A stretch of 62,967 nucleotides of DNA, taken from Candidatus Heimdallarchaeota archaeon (lineage in GTDB: Archaea > Asgardarchaeota > Heimdallarchaeia > Hodarchaeales > Hodarchaeaceae). Both the position numbers and the translations under genes were made by a program. The stretch lies in contig RDOB01000009.1 in assembly GCA_011364965.1 (NCBI GenBank), forward strand, positions 1 through 62,967, written 5' to 3'. The notes under the pieces were generated by a model, which searched no databases, had not been told where the DNA came from, and worked only from the letters and a program-made list of their open reading frames with translations. Shown in pieces: positions 41,248 to 51,122 of this stretch (position 1 is its first letter; the number at the start of each line of letters is the position of its first letter).

Positions 41248-42945
41248 TTATTTTCTTCGAGAAAGCATTACTACTCCAACAAACAACACGAAGAATGAAA
41301 AACCAGGACTTGGAAATGATGAAGTTGTGGTTGAACTGGTTGTGGAAAGATCTACTGTTATGGATACCACATTAGATAATCGACTAGAACCAAACGAATT
41401 TTCCGCAGTTATAGCATAATAGTATGTTCCACTTGTGTTAACAGTATCAGTATATTCATTGGCAACTACTGCTTCAATTGATGACAATCCTGAAGTGGAT
41501 GAAAACGATGATGATTCCCTGTATATTTTATAACTCGTTGCAGCATTAGAAGCGGTCCATTGAAGTTCTAATTCCTTTGGATTATTATTATTTTGTATAA
41601 TCGGACTGAGGGAAGGAGTTGTCGGTTCTCCTGATAGAAATTTATAAAATATATCGGGATCCTCACCCGCTCCAACGATATCCATAAAATCCAGCCAAAT
41701 TAAATGGAGAAAACCTAATTTGTCGCAAAAAATTTCAGGGTCATCACTGTTTTCGGAGCTTTCTGCAGTAAGTAAGGTCATGGAGTCCCAAGTTCCTGAA
41801 GTTGAATTCTTATACTTATAATAGATATCAGAATCTGAACCAGAGGATCCATAGTTTGTTTGGTCTCTCCATACAATATGGAAATTATCCGACGGATCAA
41901 TGACTAAACATGGAAAACCACAATCTTCTGTGCTGTTTACAGAAATTACTTCGGTTGGGGTCCACGTAGAAGTGTGAGGATTAAGAGTTTTATAGAATAC
42001 ATCAAACTGATTTAAAATCTCCTCTTCGGCATATGGAAGTTCAGTTCGGTCAATCCAGACAATATGCGGGTTTCCACCAGAATCCAAACTAATTCTACTT
42101 CTGTACGCCTCTTCTGTACTTTCAGTAGAAATATAAACAGTGGCCAACCATGAGTTAAGGGTTTCATCATATTTCTTATAAAAAATCGACCCCGTCCCTG
42201 CTTCAGCGCCATTATATCCCGAAAAATCTGTCCAAGTTAAATGAATATTATTAGAATCATCAATTGCTACATCTGGCCAAATAGAATCATAATCTTCATC
42301 TTCCACTGAGATTTCTTCAATTGTTTGCCATTGATCATTAATATATGCCCTGTGATAAATTTCTTGGGGAGCATTTTGTTCTGTCCAAAAAACATGTCGT
42401 TCTCCAGAATCTGTAACAGCAATTACTGGATCGAATGAATTATTGGATCCTATTGATATCGGCATAGGTTGTGTCCACTCTTCAGTTGATGCATTCCACA
42501 TTCGGTACACAATATCTTTATCATTTGTATCTTTAAAAAAAACTGTAGAATCTTCCCAAACAACGTGTAGGTTTCCGCTTGAATCCATAGTACAATGTGG
42601 ATTACTAGCAGCTCCCGTACTTGTGTTTGAAACAAGCACTGGCGCATAATATTCTTCACTAAAAAGGTTCCAGCGTTGGTAGATTACATCTTGGTATACA
42701 TCATCATCACCAGCACTGGTATATGGAGCTTGTTCGCCCCAAATGACGTGGATATTGAAATCGTCATCTACAACAATATTAGGGTCCATTGAAGTCATAT
42801 TACTTTGATCAGAAACCACTTTCAGAGTTGACCAGGTCCAAGTTACGGGATTTTGCATAGAAGAATAGACAGGGGGTCTATGAATTCCTATAAAGATCAA
42901 GATTAAGAATAAACACAACATTATATAGTTCTTATTTCTCTTCAT
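41248..42945 (-). CDS. Secreted beta-propeller (D..GN.H.VW repeats) + FN3-like protein with PGF anchor
   Basis: Signal peptide; repeated P.I..D....HIVW.D...DIYY; S/T linker; SPGF-TM-RRK tail. Confidence 0.85.
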   Translation of the reverse strand: MKRNKNYIMLCLFLILIFIGIHRPPVYSSMQNPVTWTWSTLKVVSDQSNMTSMDPNIVVDDDFNIHVIWGEQAPYTSAGDDDVYQDVIYQRWNLFSEEYYAPVLVSNTSTGAASNPHCTMDSSGNLHVVWEDSTVFFKDTNDKDIVYRMWNASTEEWTQPMPISIGSNNSFDPVIAVTDSGERHVFWTEQNAPQEIYHRAYINDQWQTIEEISVEDEDYDSIWPDVAIDDSNNIHLTWTDFSGYNGAEAGTGSIFYKKYDETLNSWLATVYISTESTEEAYRSRISLDSGGNPHIVWIDRTELPYAEEEILNQFDVFYKTLNPHTSTWTPTEVISVNSTEDCGFPCLVIDPSDNFHIVWRDQTNYGSSGSDSDIYYKYKNSTSGTWDSMTLLTAESSENSDDPEIFCDKLGFLHLIWLDFMDIVGAGEDPDIFYKFLSGEPTTPSLSPIIQNNNNPKELELQWTASNAATSYKIYRESSSFSSTSGLSSIEAVVANEYTDTVNTSGTYYYAITAENSFGSSRLSNVVSITVDLSTTSSTTTSSFPSPGFSFFVLFVGVVMLSRRK

Positions 42946-43153
42946 TCTATTTCCACATCAAAAGCTTTTGACTAATGACATTTAATACCAAGGTTAATAT
43001 TATTTTTGATATTCCAAGATCAAAATTATGAAATTTTCCAAGCAACCTGCTTTAATTGTCTGCAAATCTTAATTATAGTGAAATAATCTTCGCAGAGGTG
43101 AGTAATAAGGCAGTAAAGGAATTAGCATCCCTATGTATTTTTAATTTTTTTGC

Positions 43154-43239
43154 TGTTCTACAATTAAAACACCGCGTTTAACTCTTTAAACACCCATTGG
43201 AGGGAGGAAATCGGTTTCACAGTTAGATAGGTTTATATA
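43154..43239 (+). promoter_or_regulatory. Degenerate operator TGTTCT-N6-AAAACA-N3-CGTTTA-N6-TAAACA with TATA TTTATATA at 43232-43239
   Basis: Same N6/N3 spacing and the same 40-nt core-to-TATA offset as the two 35 kb promoters. Confidence 0.55.
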
Positions 43240-43337
43240 TGAATACCTTCCATATATTTAAACAAGGAAATAATGTTTTTCCACAAATAAAAACCCATCA
43301 TTGGTATTTTCCAATACATGGAGTGTGTTATAAATAA

Positions 43338-45524
43338 ATGAGTCGAAATAATACTTATGCAGTCCTTGGAGGGATTTTTCTAGCGGTTTTAGTGTTCACA
43401 GTTGGTTTAACTGTTTTTCAGCCCCGACTACCTTTTTCAAATACTCCATCACATGAAACCCCGAATACTCTTCCTGGATCTGCTTCTAGTTTCCATATTG
43501 AGCAATCAGTAACTACCTCATTCGGAAATTATGAACCTCTCTCCCTTGATTATACCCCTCAAATCCCCCTTTACACAATCAGGTCAGATTTATCCAATGT
43601 TAACATGCAGGGTCTTTCAATTACATCCCCCACTATTAAAAACCAGCTTGCAACTTATGGATTCTCTTTAGTAGATGAGGGAGTTGAAGACATTTATGAG
43701 CTATATAAATTTCAAGAGTCAAGCCCAAAATTTGTCACCTCTGATTTGTGTCTTCATGCTTACCATGTTCTTTACGATATTAGCTTGCGTATACTCGAAG
43801 GGACGAGATTTACCTCAGATTTTGAATTATTACTAGATCTTTTACGAGAGGACCAACAAAACAAACGTAATTTAGCAATATCATCAGTGGTTCAGGACGC
43901 GTTTGATCGAAATATTGCTTTTCTATCCGTTATGCTTTATCTACTGGATAATTCAACATATCCTATTCCTAGTTCCGTCTCCTCTTTGGTAAACACAGAA
44001 ATCACTAATATTCAAGGATTCAATCGTGCGCCATCTGCAATTTTTGGATATGAGGAGGATTATTCTCAATATAAGGTACGGGGTCACTATACTAGGAATG
44101 ATGTTCTCAAACAATATTTCCAAGCTATGATGTATGCTGGACGTATGGGATTCCTCCTTCAGAGTCCAACTGGAGAAATTGAAATGGGGATTGACCATAC
44201 TAGGATGAGTATGCTATTAATCAGTTCTTTCAACGCAACCAGTGGATCATATTCAGCTTGGGACCACTGGGATCAAGTATATGAACCTACAGTATTCTAT
44301 GTTGGAGCGAGTGATGATCTAACTCCTAAGGAATATTATCAAGTGTGGCGAGAATATAATTCTCCAGAAGGAGATCAACTCGCTGACGAATCTCTCATCA
44401 TAGAAATCATCTCAACTTTAAAAGCCCTCCGAAGCCCTAAGATTAACTCAATGCTCATTAATGAAATGTTTGATGCTGCGAATGTCACACAAGGATTTCG
44501 TTTAATGGGACAGCGATTTATTCCTGATTCATATATCTTTCAGGAATTAGTTCATACTGCAGTAGGGGGACGGTTATTCCCCAACGGTTTAGATATCTTT
44601 TCTGTGTTTGGTAGCCCTCGTGCAGCTATTCATCTTCAATCTGAGAATGAAACTTACCCTGATTATAACGACCAGATTCTGAAGTTACGAGTAGAATTTG
44701 GAAATCTTAGTGTATATGATTGGACTCAGAATTTATACTGGCTTTGGTTGTACAGTCTTTTCCCACTTTTAAGTCCTGCGACTGAAGGATATCCTATGTT
44801 CATGCTGAGTGATGCTTGGACGGACAAATCGTTGATGACCACCATGGGTTCGTGGGCCGAACTCCGTCATGATACCATCCTTTATGCGAAACAGTCCTAT
44901 ACTTATGAAACGTCCATGCCTGAGATAGCTAAAGGATATGTTGAACCTTATCCGGAAGTTTATGCTCGATTAAGTAGTCTCGTTGGCTTGATGAAAGACG
45001 GTCTTAGTAATAGGGGATTATTAGCAGAAGCTTTCCAGTACAAATTAACTGCCATTCAACAGCTTTTCGATCGATTAGTCGAAATTAGCATCAAGGAGCT
45101 AGAAAATATTCCTCTAAACGAGACGGATTATTACTTTATTAGCTATGTCGGGCAAGAAATCGGGGGAATTGCTAGTTATAATGATCCTGATGCAAATGAA
45201 TGGACATCTGAAGCTGATGATCGAATGGCAATTATTGCTGATGTTCATACTGATCCAAATACTGCTCAAGTCCTCGAGGTCGGAACAGGTAATCCTTTTA
45301 CCATTTATACGATTGTACCTAGCTCTAATGGAGGTCTATACTTAACCCGTGGTGGAACTTTTTCTTATTACGAATTTAAACATCCCATGACCAATAGATT
45401 ATCTGATGAAGAATGGCATATTATGTTGGATACCTCACCGCCCCCTCTCCCAGATTGGATTTTAGAAAATGTACCAATTGCGTCTAATATCAATACATTG
45501 ATATTCACAACGAAGGAGGAATAA
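43338..45524 (+). CDS. DUF3160-family exported protein
   Basis: N-terminal TM; DYSQYKVRGHYT, FRLMGQRF, SWAELRHDTILYAKQ, GYVEP, IADVHT motifs. Confidence 0.85.
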   Translation: MSRNNTYAVLGGIFLAVLVFTVGLTVFQPRLPFSNTPSHETPNTLPGSASSFHIEQSVTTSFGNYEPLSLDYTPQIPLYTIRSDLSNVNMQGLSITSPTIKNQLATYGFSLVDEGVEDIYELYKFQESSPKFVTSDLCLHAYHVLYDISLRILEGTRFTSDFELLLDLLREDQQNKRNLAISSVVQDAFDRNIAFLSVMLYLLDNSTYPIPSSVSSLVNTEITNIQGFNRAPSAIFGYEEDYSQYKVRGHYTRNDVLKQYFQAMMYAGRMGFLLQSPTGEIEMGIDHTRMSMLLISSFNATSGSYSAWDHWDQVYEPTVFYVGASDDLTPKEYYQVWREYNSPEGDQLADESLIIEIISTLKALRSPKINSMLINEMFDAANVTQGFRLMGQRFIPDSYIFQELVHTAVGGRLFPNGLDIFSVFGSPRAAIHLQSENETYPDYNDQILKLRVEFGNLSVYDWTQNLYWLWLYSLFPLLSPATEGYPMFMLSDAWTDKSLMTTMGSWAELRHDTILYAKQSYTYETSMPEIAKGYVEPYPEVYARLSSLVGLMKDGLSNRGLLAEAFQYKLTAIQQLFDRLVEISIKELENIPLNETDYYFISYVGQEIGGIASYNDPDANEWTSEADDRMAIIADVHTDPNTAQVLEVGTGNPFTIYTIVPSSNGGLYLTRGGTFSYYEFKHPMTNRLSDEEWHIMLDTSPPPLPDWILENVPIASNINTLIFTTKEE

Positions 45525-45649
45525 AATTCCTCATTCCTCCCATCCTTTTTTTCTTTGTTTTCCTAGTTTTTCGACTTCCTATTCCATAATCTAATAATAT
45601 AGAATTATTACTTTTTTCATGAAATTTAAAATTTCAGGAATATTCTCTA

Positions 45650-46090
45650 ATGACAAAAATTTCAGAGGATCTTTTGCAAGGGAAAACCCTAAAGGTTTAT
45701 TGGTTCTTATTAGAACATGCAAATTCTGGTGTAAGGGAGATTGATCGCCAACTTGGATTTAACTCCCCTTCGACTGTACTCTACCACATTAACAAACTAG
45801 TTGAGGTCGGACTTGTCGAAAAAACGACTCAAGATAAATATACAGCCAAAGAATATGTGAGTTCAGGTATACTTGGTTTATATTTGAAAATAGGACCTAA
45901 AATGATTCCAAGAATTGTATTTTACCTTTCTTTCTTTATCGCTTTTCTAGTCCTTTACTTTTTCTTGCTAATTTCCCGTAATCCTTTTGTTTTCTACTTT
46001 GAAGATTTTTTTACAATTTTAATTAGCTTAAGTGGTATTTTTTTCTTCACTATAGAATTTTACCGTATCTGGACACTGAAACCACTCTGA
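45650..46090 (+). CDS. Membrane-anchored winged-helix regulator (paralog 3)
   Basis: LQGKTLKVYWFLL..GVREIDR..SPSTVLYHINKL..SGILGLYLKIG.KMIPR, two TM helices, IWTLKPL end. Confidence 0.85.
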   Translation: MTKISEDLLQGKTLKVYWFLLEHANSGVREIDRQLGFNSPSTVLYHINKLVEVGLVEKTTQDKYTAKEYVSSGILGLYLKIGPKMIPRIVFYLSFFIAFLVLYFFLLISRNPFVFYFEDFFTILISLSGIFFFTIEFYRIWTLKPL

Positions 46091-46155
46091 TATAATAGGA
46101 TTCATCAATATAGTAACTTTCAAAAACTAGTTTTCTCAAGATTGAATAATCCGAG

Positions 46156-47172
46156 GTGATCTTTAAAGTGGAAATCGTGCAACAATTATTAACTTCAGAG
46201 GAACCCATGATACAATTAAAGACACGACTTCAATTATTCGATCAAACCTTCGAAGATGTAGATATAAAACAGATTTGTTCTGATCTTAAGACGAAATCCT
46301 CCATTATCTCCAACTTAGTTTCATATTTACCTAAATCGAAAGAAATTACTCCTTATCATGTTTATAAAAAATGGCAGGGTGCCCATTGGATTTTAGTAGA
46401 TTTAGCAGACATCGGGTATCCTCCAGGAGATATAGAATTAATTCCTACGAAGCATCATGAATTGGAATGGCTTTTATCAATACAACGATGGAATCGAAAG
46501 AAAACTCTGGAAGGAAGGAAACGATTTTGTGCTTCACAGGAAGGAAATGGACTATACTCTCTTCTTAAGCTGGAATTGTTAGATATAAATGAGGATGCGT
46601 GCAAACAGCTCTCTAATCGACTTATAACTTACCAATGGGAGGATGGAGGATGGAATTGCGATACAAGGCCTAAGGCAATAAATTCCTCTTATCATGAAAG
46701 TCTTATTCCATTACGCGCATTGAATCTGTATTTCAACAGAACAGGAAGTGTAAGGGCTAAAACTGCTGTAGAAAAAGGATGTGAGTTATTTTTAAAACGA
46801 AAACTATACAAATCATTGGGAACTGGAAATAATATCAGTAGCACCTGGACACAGCTTCATTATCCCCCCTATTGGCGGTATGATATTCTATTCGCATTGA
46901 AAGTCCTTGCAGAATCTAAGAAGATCAAAGATAATCGTTGTAATGATGCTCTTGATTTACTGGAGTCTAAAGAATTAGCTAGTGGAGGATTTCCTGCTGA
47001 AGAGAAAAATTACTCTATTGCTCCAAGTGCTAAAAAGACTACTGGATTTTCTCCCGTAGATTGGGGAGGAAAAAACATAAAGAAAATGAATCCGTGGATA
47101 ACAATTGATGCTTTATATGTTTTAAAACACGCAGGAAGAATAGATATTAATATGAGTAATTATAGCATCTAG
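46156..47172 (+). CDS. Prenyltransferase/squalene-cyclase-repeat-like protein
   Basis: QWEDGGWNC, YPPYWRYDIL, NPWIT..AL motifs. Confidence 0.7.
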   Translation: MIFKVEIVQQLLTSEEPMIQLKTRLQLFDQTFEDVDIKQICSDLKTKSSIISNLVSYLPKSKEITPYHVYKKWQGAHWILVDLADIGYPPGDIELIPTKHHELEWLLSIQRWNRKKTLEGRKRFCASQEGNGLYSLLKLELLDINEDACKQLSNRLITYQWEDGGWNCDTRPKAINSSYHESLIPLRALNLYFNRTGSVRAKTAVEKGCELFLKRKLYKSLGTGNNISSTWTQLHYPPYWRYDILFALKVLAESKKIKDNRCNDALDLLESKELASGGFPAEEKNYSIAPSAKKTTGFSPVDWGGKNIKKMNPWITIDALYVLKHAGRIDINMSNYSI

Positions 47173-47193
47173 GGCGTTTTTATAGAAAAGGAA

Positions 47194-48840
47194 TTAAGAT
47201 AGCATCTCTGCCATCTTAAGATCGAATAAGCGTCTAAGAAAATAAATAGGTAATCCTCCATTATGAAGAATTGTATTATGGAAGAATTTATCAGTATATT
47301 TATCTCCTAGTTTTTCCTTTACTTTGTCTCTAAGTTCAAGTAGAAGAACTTTACCAAGTAGATAGCTAAATTGATAACCTGGTGTAGAAGTGTAACGATT
47401 CAGTTCCGCAATAACAGCGGATTCAGCCATCCCTATCTCTTCCGTCATAAATATCTTAGCTTCATCGAAAGTCATTTGGGACGTATGTATTTTAACATCC
47501 ACAATTATTCGAACAGCTCGCCAAAGCTGATCAATTAATTGCATAAAAATTTCTTCGTCTCCCAAAAATCCTTTTTCAGCCATTAATTGCTCACAATAGT
47601 GTGCCCAACCTTCGATGGTCTCCTCTCCTTGCACGATTGCTCTTATCAAATTGGGTTGTAAGTTTGCAGAAATCAATTGCAAATGGTGCCCAGGATACCC
47701 TTCGTGTACTGCCACGTTTTTAGTACTTGCATAGGAATGCTCTTTCAGCATCTCATCTCGTCCTTCTGTTGGAGTAACAATATATATTCCAGTTTGATCT
47801 TTCGAGAATTTTTCAGCTGACATGTACGCTGCAAAAGGTAAAATTGGTATTAAAAACGAAGGTGTTGCCTCTACTTTAAGTAATTCCCCTTCTGGAATAT
47901 CCATTAAGTTATGATCCTTGATGAATTTTCTAGCATCCTTAGTTAATTCCGCAACGTGCTCTAGGACCATCTCAAATGTCGGAGGATGATTAGCTTTCAG
48001 GATTTCTCTTACTTCTTTAATTGATTTTCCTGGATACAATTTTGAAGCAAGTATTGATAACTCTGCCCGAGTTTTCTTTAACATCGATTCTCCAATCTCA
48101 AGGATCTCTGTAGGAGTTTTTCCAAGTTTTCGAATTTCAACCAACCGAGCGAATTTTTGGGGACCAATGACCCAATCGTGTTTAGCTAGGGGCAATTGCT
48201 CAGTTTCTAGCCACTTAATATAATTATTTATGTCTAATGTAATCTTTTTGATCGTTTCATCTAATTCTTGGTTTAAATCGTCCTTCAGAAGGGGTTTGAG
48301 ATTTTTTTGTATCAATTGAAGAAACCCTATCGTTCGTGGACCTTCTTGAATAGCTAATTCTATCCAGATTTTAACTGGATATTGAAATAATGATTTTGAT
48401 TGCTCGAAATATGTTGCTGCTCCTTTGAGTCGACTTATAATTGCATTAACTCTGGTTTCAAGTGGAGCGAACTCACGAGCATATAATAAATGTATTGCTG
48501 AGCCTATAAAACCGACAGCACCTCCTGATACAGCTCCACTTCTCCAGAATGCAATTTCATTTGTATTAAACAGCTGATATTCCAAAAAGAACTGTAAAAG
48601 ATCAAAATCAATTTGACTTTCAGGAGTAAGAGAATTATAATCAATCTTCTCTTGTAATTTATTTTTATATGAGAAAAGTAATTCTAATTCCTCTTCAGCT
48701 GCTTTCAAAGTACTATTAGGCAGAAGGTGATCATATTTTTCATGATTATATCCTAAAAAAGTTGCATAAGTTGGATTTCGATCCATTACCTCATTAAAGA
48801 TTTCTTGGAATAATTCGATAAGTTTAGCGTCCTCAGACAT
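47194..48840 (-). CDS. DUF885 family metallopeptidase-like protein
   Basis: HEGYPGHHLQ, EGWAHYCE, RIIVD, RY...PG motifs. Confidence 0.9.
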   Translation of the reverse strand: MSEDAKLIELFQEIFNEVMDRNPTYATFLGYNHEKYDHLLPNSTLKAAEEELELLFSYKNKLQEKIDYNSLTPESQIDFDLLQFFLEYQLFNTNEIAFWRSGAVSGGAVGFIGSAIHLLYAREFAPLETRVNAIISRLKGAATYFEQSKSLFQYPVKIWIELAIQEGPRTIGFLQLIQKNLKPLLKDDLNQELDETIKKITLDINNYIKWLETEQLPLAKHDWVIGPQKFARLVEIRKLGKTPTEILEIGESMLKKTRAELSILASKLYPGKSIKEVREILKANHPPTFEMVLEHVAELTKDARKFIKDHNLMDIPEGELLKVEATPSFLIPILPFAAYMSAEKFSKDQTGIYIVTPTEGRDEMLKEHSYASTKNVAVHEGYPGHHLQLISANLQPNLIRAIVQGEETIEGWAHYCEQLMAEKGFLGDEEIFMQLIDQLWRAVRIIVDVKIHTSQMTFDEAKIFMTEEIGMAESAVIAELNRYTSTPGYQFSYLLGKVLLLELRDKVKEKLGDKYTDKFFHNTILHNGGLPIYFLRRLFDLKMAEMLS

Positions 48841-49010
48841 AGGTATCGTCCTCGAAATGATAAATTTAATAGATATTCAATGACCAAATAAAATTGTTAA
48901 AGGATTTTCGATAAAGGTAGCAATTCTCTCTAATTGGTTGAGAAATAATATTTATTGTTTTATCACCTTGGTACGGTAGACCTTTGAGATGTAAATTGGG
49001 GTTTATAAAT

Positions 49011-49301
49011 ATGGCATTTGAACTTTCAGTTGTATTAGGCTCTGTGATTGGGGCAATAGGTGGATTTTTATCGCAATATTTGCGAAAAACAAAAATTAAG
49101 AAAGAAGAACTGGCATTTGAGGCTAAATTTGCGATCTCTGCGATTTTAGCGATAATTATCACATTTATCTTGAGTGAATGGCTAGCTATTGCAGATCCCG
49201 CTATTGGTTTTATTATTGGTTTTTTGCTTGGATTTGGTGGTAAGGACGCTATCGACGAGGTACTAAAATACTATCGTGATTTAAAAGTAAGAGAAGCTTA
49301 A
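49011..49301 (+). CDS. Small 3-TM membrane protein
   Basis: MAFELSVVLGSVIGAIGG...GFLLGFGGKDAID; Gly-rich TM helices. Confidence 0.7.
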   Translation: MAFELSVVLGSVIGAIGGFLSQYLRKTKIKKEELAFEAKFAISAILAIIITFILSEWLAIADPAIGFIIGFLLGFGGKDAIDEVLKYYRDLKVREA

Positions 49302-49354
49302 AAGAAAGAAAAAGAAAAAAATAGAAAACGAATTTTATTAATTTCAATAAGAAT

Positions 49355-49651
49355 TCATTTTCTTCTTCTGTGATTGATGATATGACTCACTAATGCTAAA
49401 ACAGCGACCGAAAGACTAATCTCGAAACTAGGAACTCCATCCATTTGCTTAAGAGAGTGTTCACCAGTTTCAGTGCAAATTGCTGAATAAGTTGTGTCGT
49501 GAGTAATATCCTCATCACCCCAAGTAGGGTAGATTGTAACCACAATATTTTCTCGGAACAGCCAAGAAATCTCTACTGCATGAGTGTTCGCTGACCATTG
49601 AGTTAAAGCTGTTGCATAAGCCTTGTTTGGATGAAGAGAAAGGATTTTTTT
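49355..49651 (-). pseudogene. C-terminal remnant of a surface protein with a PSF-TM-RRRK anchor
   Basis: The frame is open about 100 nt upstream of the listed GTG but has no start codon or signal peptide. It ends VPSFEISLSVAVLALV..HRRRK. Confidence 0.55.
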
Positions 49652-49673
49652 CTATAAAATTAGAGCTATAATA

Positions 49674-49991
49674 TTAGTAAAATAATAATATTTCCCAGTC
49701 CTGAGGGGCAAATCCAGGATGAGCATGAAATCTGTCCACTATTAGGATGGGGAATTGTAATGCCACATTATAAAACTCTTTAAACTCTTTTTTAAACTGT
49801 TCCCTCTCTTCTAAAGGCATGGAATCAATGAAAAAGTACGAATAGGAGAAATTATTAAGGTCAAGCCATTTAAGAGCCTTTTTACACCAATTACAGGTGC
49901 TGATCCCAATAACTAAAATCTCATGAAACTGAGGCCTTGTTCCCTTTATTGTATTAATCGGTACACTGAGATTAATCATGTTTATACTCAT
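49674..49991 (-). CDS. Glutaredoxin-like protein
   Basis: CNWC, FP and GF motifs. Confidence 0.85.
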   Translation of the reverse strand: MSINMINLSVPINTIKGTRPQFHEILVIGISTCNWCKKALKWLDLNNFSYSYFFIDSMPLEEREQFKKEFKEFYNVALQFPILIVDRFHAHPGFAPQDWEILLFY

Positions 49992-50187
49992 TATCTTCGT
50001 TTTGATTCAGAATTCACTATATTTATTCTTTTGGAAACGAATTAAGATATGGTATGATTTCTCCTACAAGAAACCTTTTTTTACTGACTCAAGCTCGAAT
50101 CTATAAAAGTCATTCTATAAATCTGATGCCAATTAGGGAAAATTCTAAATTAAAGTTAAATAATGTCAATTTAAAGGACATAGGAGT

Positions 50188-50874
50188 ATGACCCGTATAA
50201 AAGATAAGGATTATTATTCCAAAAAATTATTTGCGTCAAAATTAAAACATGCATACGAAATCGCCCCTCCAAGAATCCAGCAATACTTAGAAGCAGAGAT
50301 ACTCTATGTATTAGATCTAATTCAAGTAGATTATTATGTATTAGAACTTGGTTGTGGCTATGGTAGAGTGCTTAAACCACTAGCAATGAAAGCACGAAAA
50401 GTTGTGGGCATCGATATTGCTGAAGCTTCGCTAAATTATGCTCGAAAATATCTTAAAGATTTTTCAAATGTAGAATTACACAGAATGACAGCTAGAAACA
50501 TCCAATTCAAACCTGAAAGCTTTGATACAGTTTTAGGAATTCAAAACGCGATTTCAGCAATGAAGATTGACCCTATTCACCTCATTACTCAAGCACTGAG
50601 GGTAACTAAAAGAAAGGGAAAATTAATTCTTTCTAGTTACTCTGACAAGATTTGGGACGCACGATTGAATTGGTTTGAAATACAGTCTAAAGCAGGTTTA
50701 TTAGGAGAATTGGATTATGAAAACACCAAAAATGGTACCATTGCCTGCAGAGATGGATTTAAAGCGACAACATTCAGGACGGAGGACTTTTCTTCCCTTG
50801 TCGAAAAAATGAACTTAAAAGCTCGAATTGAAGAGGTTGATAAATCGAGCATCTTTTGTATAATTACTAAATGA
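50188..50874 (+). CDS. Class I SAM-dependent methyltransferase
   Basis: VLELGCGYGR motif. Confidence 0.9.
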   Translation: MTRIKDKDYYSKKLFASKLKHAYEIAPPRIQQYLEAEILYVLDLIQVDYYVLELGCGYGRVLKPLAMKARKVVGIDIAEASLNYARKYLKDFSNVELHRMTARNIQFKPESFDTVLGIQNAISAMKIDPIHLITQALRVTKRKGKLILSSYSDKIWDARLNWFEIQSKAGLLGELDYENTKNGTIACRDGFKATTFRTEDFSSLVEKMNLKARIEEVDKSSIFCIITK

Positions 50875-51122
50875 GGTTCCTCAGTAAACTATCCACTAGA
50901 ATTCATTCAGACATATTTTAATAATAGGAATTGAATCAAAAAATTGAAGTAAATCCTCTTGGAGATGATTTTAAAAAATGGTATGTCCTCATTTTGACGA
51001 ACAAAATTCAAGGTGCACCGCGCTAGGTCAGAAATTTTATCAGGGAATGCAGAAACCCTGTTTAGATCTGGATGATCCAGATAAGTGTCCTATACTAGCT
51101 ATGAAAAGCTAGGTAATCATTC

